DNA of 64,000 nucleotides. It comes from Takakia lepidozioides. Its lineage: Eukaryota; Plantae; Bryophyta. The position numbers and the translations under genes are program-made. Under the pieces are notes generated by a model, which was given only the letters and a program-made list of their open reading frames with translations, made no database searches and was not told the DNA's origin. The DNA lies in assembly GCA_030704615.1 (NCBI GenBank), contig CM060733.1:72416001-72480000 (forward strand), read 5' to 3'. Below are positions 58,732 to 64,000 of the stretch, piece after piece. Position 1 is the first letter of the stretch, and the number at the start of each line of letters is the position of its first letter.

Positions 58732-61165
58732 TCAGGTTGTGTTTCCTATCTCCTGGGCAATTCGATTGATTGCTTGATACAGCCTGTGCCTACAATAAGG
58801 TGCCACAGCTAATAGCTGTCCAATGGTAATTTCTGCTTTGGTCTGGCATATTACTTCAGCCAAAGTCTCTTCATTACTTTGCATGTCTGCATCTTCTTTC
58901 TTCCTTTCTTCCTCACTCCCTTCTTCTTCTTCTTCATCAGAATCAGAGGAATCTGCCACAGGAATATCAGTACTCTTCTGCATTTCCCTTATGGTATCTG
59001 CCACTTCTTTGTGCAGTTCCTTCTCATCTCTCCAAGTCTCTTCATCTTCAGGCATATCATTGCCACCTTCATTATCATCTTCTTCCTCTACTACTGGAGG
59101 TATTAGTTTGGCTTTACTTCTTGTTACTATCATTGTACTTACTTCTGGTACAACACATGGCCTAACCATGTGAGCTGCCACCACTGGGCCCTCATTCACA
59201 GGAGCTCTCATCTCATTCTGGTGTCTTATCCAGAATGAACAGGTTGCCCTGCGATGTCCTGGCTGATTACAATAGTAACATAGTTCTTCACCATTGGGTC
59301 CTCGCCCTTGGTCTGTTCTTGGATTATTTCTATAATCCTGATTCCCGGGCTGGTAATTCCCCCTTGGATTACCCTGATAGTTGCCTCTGGAATTTCCTTG
59401 GTAATTCCCTCTTGAATTACCTCTCCCTTCCATGCCATTGTTATATCCACCAGACCTACCATAGTGGTCCTGATCATTGTTTCTTCTTGGCTGGGGCTGC
59501 ACCTGATGCACCCTTACTTGCCTAGGTTCTCTTGCAGCTGTCCTTCTGTTATAGTAACAATTCTCAGTAGAATGGTTATCCATTTTACAGATAGTACAGT
59601 GTTTCTCCTTCATGTGGCATTCTGTGGTGGTATGGCCTTCATTCTGGCACTTTGCACACCATACACCCTTCCTCCAATGTGTTGCAGCCTCTGTGGCATA
59701 CTTCTTCAAGATTTCTTCCAATCTTTTTTCATAGTTATCCCTCTTCAACTTCTCCTTTCTCTTACTCTTCTTTTTTAGTTCTTGCTCTTCTTCTTCATCT
59801 GACTCATCCTCAGAGTCCTCATCATCCCTTTTCTCTCTCCTGAGCATTCCCAATTGCTCAATTCTGTTTGCAGTTTCAAATGCCTCCTCCACTGTATTAT
59901 GGGGTAACATATCCACTTTCTTTTGCAACTCTGGTCTTAGTCCACTCACAAACCAAGTCTTCTGTAAACCAGGTGCTGGTACTGCAGCCAGCTTTTTCAT
60001 CATCAATTCCATCTTTTCCATATACTCTTCAACAGTTTCATGCTTCTTTTGCTTTAACTGTTGTAAACTTCCATACACTTCATCTTCAGTTTTACTTGTC
60101 CTGAACCTATTTCGAAATGCTGTATTCAAGCCATTCCAGGTTAGGAAATGATTATCAGGGAATCTTGCATACCATTCACTTGCTTTCTTGATAAGTGAAC
60201 AAGGAAACAATCTCATCTTGGCATCATCGCCATTCTCATTGTTCACTATACACATGTGCTCAAATTGGCTAATGTGTACATCGGGATCCCCTTTTCCTGA
60301 ATATATTGGAAAGGGTGGTTTTGCCCGTGTTGGTTGTAACGCCATCTGTGGCCCTACCTTCTGCCCACTGACAGGTGCTGGCACCCTTGCTGGTGCTGGT
60401 CCTTCTGGACCTGTTGTTTTTGTGGTGGATCTTCCACCAAGTGGTGGCCCTTGAGCACTCCCTGCTTCCGTTCACAGTATTCCCAGCTTCAGTTGCACTA
60501 CTTTCCACACTCCCTGTCCCCCCAGAGCCAGATCCAGGCAGCCCGCCTGATCCCCCTGAGCCGACACCTTCGTTGGCCTGTGATCCAAGTGCTCCACTTG
60601 ATCCAGGTCCAACGGGTTGGGATGTCCTGGTTGTAGTCTCAACCTCAGCTGTTGGGTCTACTTCTTCATATTCTTCCTCTTCCAATTTCTTCTCTCTGTT
60701 TTCATCCTCCAAGTTCTGCCCTTGGGTTTCTTCTTCACTCATGTAACTCAACTGTACTGGTGTTGGAGAGTCTGAACTCTCCGTTGGCTCTGCCACATCT
60801 TCTTTTCCTTCTTCACCTTCCGTTTCAGAAACTGGAGTTCCTGCTTTTGGTGTTCCATGCCAACTCTTATCAAAGATTTTTGTCAAATCTTTTATCCAGG
60901 GATGTACCTCAGATCTTTCACCTCGTGATTGATCTTCTTCCCGTACCAATTCCCTTAATCTTTCTTGCAAAGAAACAGAAGGAGTGGCATCCAACTCTAG
61001 TTCTTCCGGTATGGGTGATGTACTCTTTGATCTTAATGGTGTGAGAGGTCCAGATGATTCCCCTATGTCTATTCCTCTCTCCCAAAGATATGGATAATTA
61101 GCTTTCAGATAGCTTTCTCTTTTTGCTGAATATCTCTGGCGTCTAGCTTCTCTTTCATCACTCAT
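58732..61165 (-). pseudogene. gag: Gag of copy C (frameshifting deletion near 60470)
   Basis: Two overlapping ORFs that are one ORF in copy B; three CCHC knuckles. Confidence 0.92.
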
Positions 61166-61186
61166 GTCCCATGTCTTTCATTTCTT

Positions 61187-61880
61187 TTAATGTGGCAATA
61201 ACCAAAACTCTCTTCTGTAATATCTCTCGTATATGCCTGGGTTTCTTTCAATTCAATGCACCCTTGGCTATACTTGAAGTCTCCGTTACCATATAACCAT
61301 ATGGCAAACAAGTCTGGAAAGCTGTTCTTGGTGTGAGTTTGATCCACAAAATATCCTTTGGAATCCAATTCTTTACCAGTACAAGCTCTTCATGCATATG
61401 AGTATAAACATTCACTTTTCTTTCCTCCCAGCCTTCAAACTCTACTCGCTTAATGGATAGCAATGCTATCACATAAACCAACGTTGGTAACCAACGTGCT
61501 CTTCCTCTACAGGCTACCTGATAAATCTTTATCACTCCTTTCTCCAGACCCCATTCCGGATCAGCATCATGCACTCGCTTAAGAATATTTTCTTTACAAC
61601 CGTCTGGCAATTCCAAGAACCTTTGAAAGAATTGTTTGGACAATCTTTCTTCCTTCGTTCCACAGAGAATTTGATTCGCTTCAAATTCTTTAATGGTCCA
61701 ACCACCATGATCCCACCAGATGCCTGTCACATCTGGTTGTTCATTACTCAGTTCCCCAGTATGGTCGCCAAAAGTTGCGCGGCTTTTACTCACCCATCCC
61801 TTCGCTATCCGAGGCGGAAACTCCAAGATAGAAGAGTTGGAAATCTCTAAGTACTCAGCCCGCGCAGAACAATCAGTCAT
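61187..61880 (-). CDS. ORF0 of copy C (~230 aa; frameshift near the 3' end), starts inside the LTR and crosses the PBS
   Basis: ATG at 61880 lies within LTR 61773-62775; synonymous-biased differences among three copies. Confidence 0.65.
61753..61770 (-). other. Primer binding site, tRNA-Arg-like
   Basis: TGGCGACCATACTGGGGA 2 nt after the LTR, identical in copies A, B and C; resembles the Ogre-type TGGCGAC...CTGGGGA PBS; tRNA assignment from memory. Confidence 0.7.
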
Positions 61881-62775
61881 GACCTACAGCTAGTGTATCA
61901 TGGGGGTGTTTCCTCTTTGTTTCCCTTTTGGCATTCATGTTAGCTACCTTACCATTGATAATTAAGTACCAGTTTGCTTCATCAATTTATCGGATTCCAT
62001 CAACCCATCCATTCATTCCACAGCTTCACTCAGGTCTCTCTACACAGTGTGGTTGTATCGTATAAGTATCAGATTATGATTTATCAGGTATCAGGCCGAA
62101 GCCATTGTGTCTCTAATCTGCTCTACAATATCACTACAGTTTTGCATATAACAAGCATCTACTAATCATCTCTCCTCCTTCACCGTGCTCTCCATCTTTG
62201 CTTCTGTTCTTACTCTCCGCCCGATCCTCTCTCTCTCATGACGTGCTTCCAAGAATCATCCCCCAAAAAGCCCCCTACTCAGTCCTTGCTTCTCCCTTTA
62301 TCTTCCTACCCGTGGCTCTAACCGTTTCCCTCACTAACCGTCGTCCGTGAACTAACATGTTCCATTTGCAGGTGTTGTTCCCCATAGTTGTTCCCTGTCC
62401 TGCTCTCCGTTCCCTATGATCGTGACAGCTGTGTCAAGCTGTGACTGGCTGTGTGAAACTGTGACGAGCTGTGATTGGCTGTGCGACTGTGTTTGGCTGT
62501 GTCGGGCTGTGACTGGCTGTGTGGCTGTGTCGGCTGTGACGGGCTGTGATGGTTGTGTCGGGTTGTGACGAGCTGTGCTGACTGTGTCTGGCTGTGTTGG
62601 CTGTGTCGGCTGTGACGACTATGACGGGCTGTGTTGGCTGTGACGGGCTGTGTAACCCCCCTCTACAGTGCGCTGCTGTCACCCCTAAGGCTCCTGTTGG
62701 TCTCAGTCTGTGCAAAAATTAAGGGTACCCTACAGATCCCGTATAAGTGTCTAAGTCCCAGACAGTCCTCTAACA
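61773..62775 (-). repeat. 5' LTR of copy C
   Basis: Matches 49488-50572 with fewer minisatellite units; terminal CA mutated. Confidence 0.95.
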
Positions 62776-64000
62776 ATTCTCAGGGGTGCCACAAACAACT
62801 TGGTGGATAACCACCTTATGCAGGTCTGGTTAGCACAAGGGCCGGTGGAGGGCAAAGCACCACGAAAGCTCACCCAAAGCGAGATGAATGAGCTCAGACT
62901 GCAAGTGCAGAACATTGCCACAACTACTATAGACAATGTCTATAGTAGGATAGCAGAGTTATAGGAGGATGTAGACGGCCTGCAGACTCAGGTGGAGGAC
63001 CTCACTTCAAATATCGACAAGAGAATCTTTGTACATGAGGAACAGCTGATGGCTTCTTATTTACAAGCGAGAACTTTGGCTTTTCAGTCTTCTTCGCAGG
63101 GGGTGCAGGAGATGCCAATGGTACAAGAGCCAGTGCCACCAACACCACAACAACTCACTGTGCCAGTAGCTGACCCTGTTGTTACTACAGCCACACCACA
63201 GCCACCACAGCCTGAGGTATGGGGGAATGCTGCTTTTAACCCACCTAAAACTCCAGCTACACGGGAGTACAATCGGGCTATGATTATGCCCTTCAACCAA
63301 ATTCCCATTGTGTTGGATTTGGCTTGGAAGGAATTTAGTCATCCGTTGTCGTTGGCACATTACTATCAAATCATGTGCATTTGGCTGCCAGTGGCAACTA
63401 GGACTAAAGTTCTTCCGAACAATCGACCAATTGAAGATCATCACTTTGCGCAGTACTGGCATGAGGCAAGTACCATGTTGAAGGAATTAATTGCCTTCCA
63501 AGTTGTACATGGATTCATTTATACCAAGACCAAAGAGGTAGCAAGTATTGTCATGGGCTGCGGGTTATACTACGCTGCTTGTTTTCTAGTACGTTGTCAC
63601 ATTGAGCAGCAAAAGATGCAAACGCGCTTTCTGAGTTATTCCAGTGGGGATCATTGGGTCTTACCTTCAGTGCCACCTCATATGTACCTATATGAGGCAA
63701 AAGTTATGATGCAAAAGGATTCTCAGATTCGTTCATGGTTTCATGCGGCCTGGAACAATTTGTCAACACAGAAATTCGGGCCTGACGATATTTTCTTTAA
63801 GGGACATGAGGCATGGAAATATTTGCACAATTCACAAGTCATTGGTACACCACTCACCTGGATAGACAAGGAGCTCAGGGTCTTCACCAATTTTGCAATT
63901 CAGCGCTTACAACAAGTTTTACAATTTAAACTTCCAGACATGGTGGGACAACATTGTATGCCCCAAAGAATTCCAGTTAAAGTTCGACAGTTAAAACACC
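62776..64000 (+). pseudogene. Continuation of the gypsy B extra 3' ORF
   Basis: LRGATNNLVDNHLMQVWLAQGPVEGKAPRK... matches copy C LRGTTSNLVDNSLMQVWLAQGPVEGKAPRK; stop near 62962. Confidence 0.9.

Larger units (their letters stand above)
49488..62775 (-). mobile_element. Full-length Ty3/gypsy copy C (13,288 bp), non-chromovirus type
   Basis: 5' LTR 61773-62775, 3' LTR 49488-50572, near-identical outside the minisatellite; TSD ACTCT/ATTCT; PR-RT-RH-INT order; no chromodomain or second RNase H recognised. Confidence 0.95.
27432..64000 (+). mobile_element. Ty3/gypsy copy B, interrupted by MULE copy 2, solo LTR D and copy C; 3' end beyond the window
   Basis: 5' LTR = 27432-27813 + 39021-39690 (TG...CA); PBS 39693-39710; internal sequence resumes colinearly after each insertion. 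Confidence 0.85.

Overview
Eukaryotic, almost entirely transposon-derived DNA, most likely from a non-seed land plant (inferred from PLS-type PPR remnants, a non-chromovirus Ty3/gypsy and GT-AG introns). No intact host gene is visible. (1) A Mutator-like (MULE) DNA transposon family with a GCM-like Zn finger + DDE + SWIM transposase occurs as four copies in three subfamilies. One copy is bounded on both sides (27814-39012; 21-bp TIRs, 8-bp TSD, contains a 500-N gap). Divergent from its transposase it carries a multi-exon cargo gene ending in a prokaryote-type beta-class amino-DNA-methyltransferase-like domain. A sister subfamily's homologous cargo begins with a ParB/Sulfiredoxin-like domain (DGNHR). 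Each subfamily has its own tandem arrays of long palindromes at periods of about 53, 94 or 116 bp. This transposase + ParB-MTase cargo + palindrome array module is the best candidate for an undescribed system, conceptually parallel to VANDAL/VANC anti-silencing; all domain calls are by-eye motif recognition and need HMM confirmation. (2) One Ty3/gypsy family (about 1-kb LTRs, tRNA-Arg-like PBS, extra 5' ORF, about 1245-aa extra 3' ORF) is nested repeatedly into itself between 24.1 and 64 kb, including a full-length 13.3-kb copy (49488-62775) and a solo LTR with TSD.
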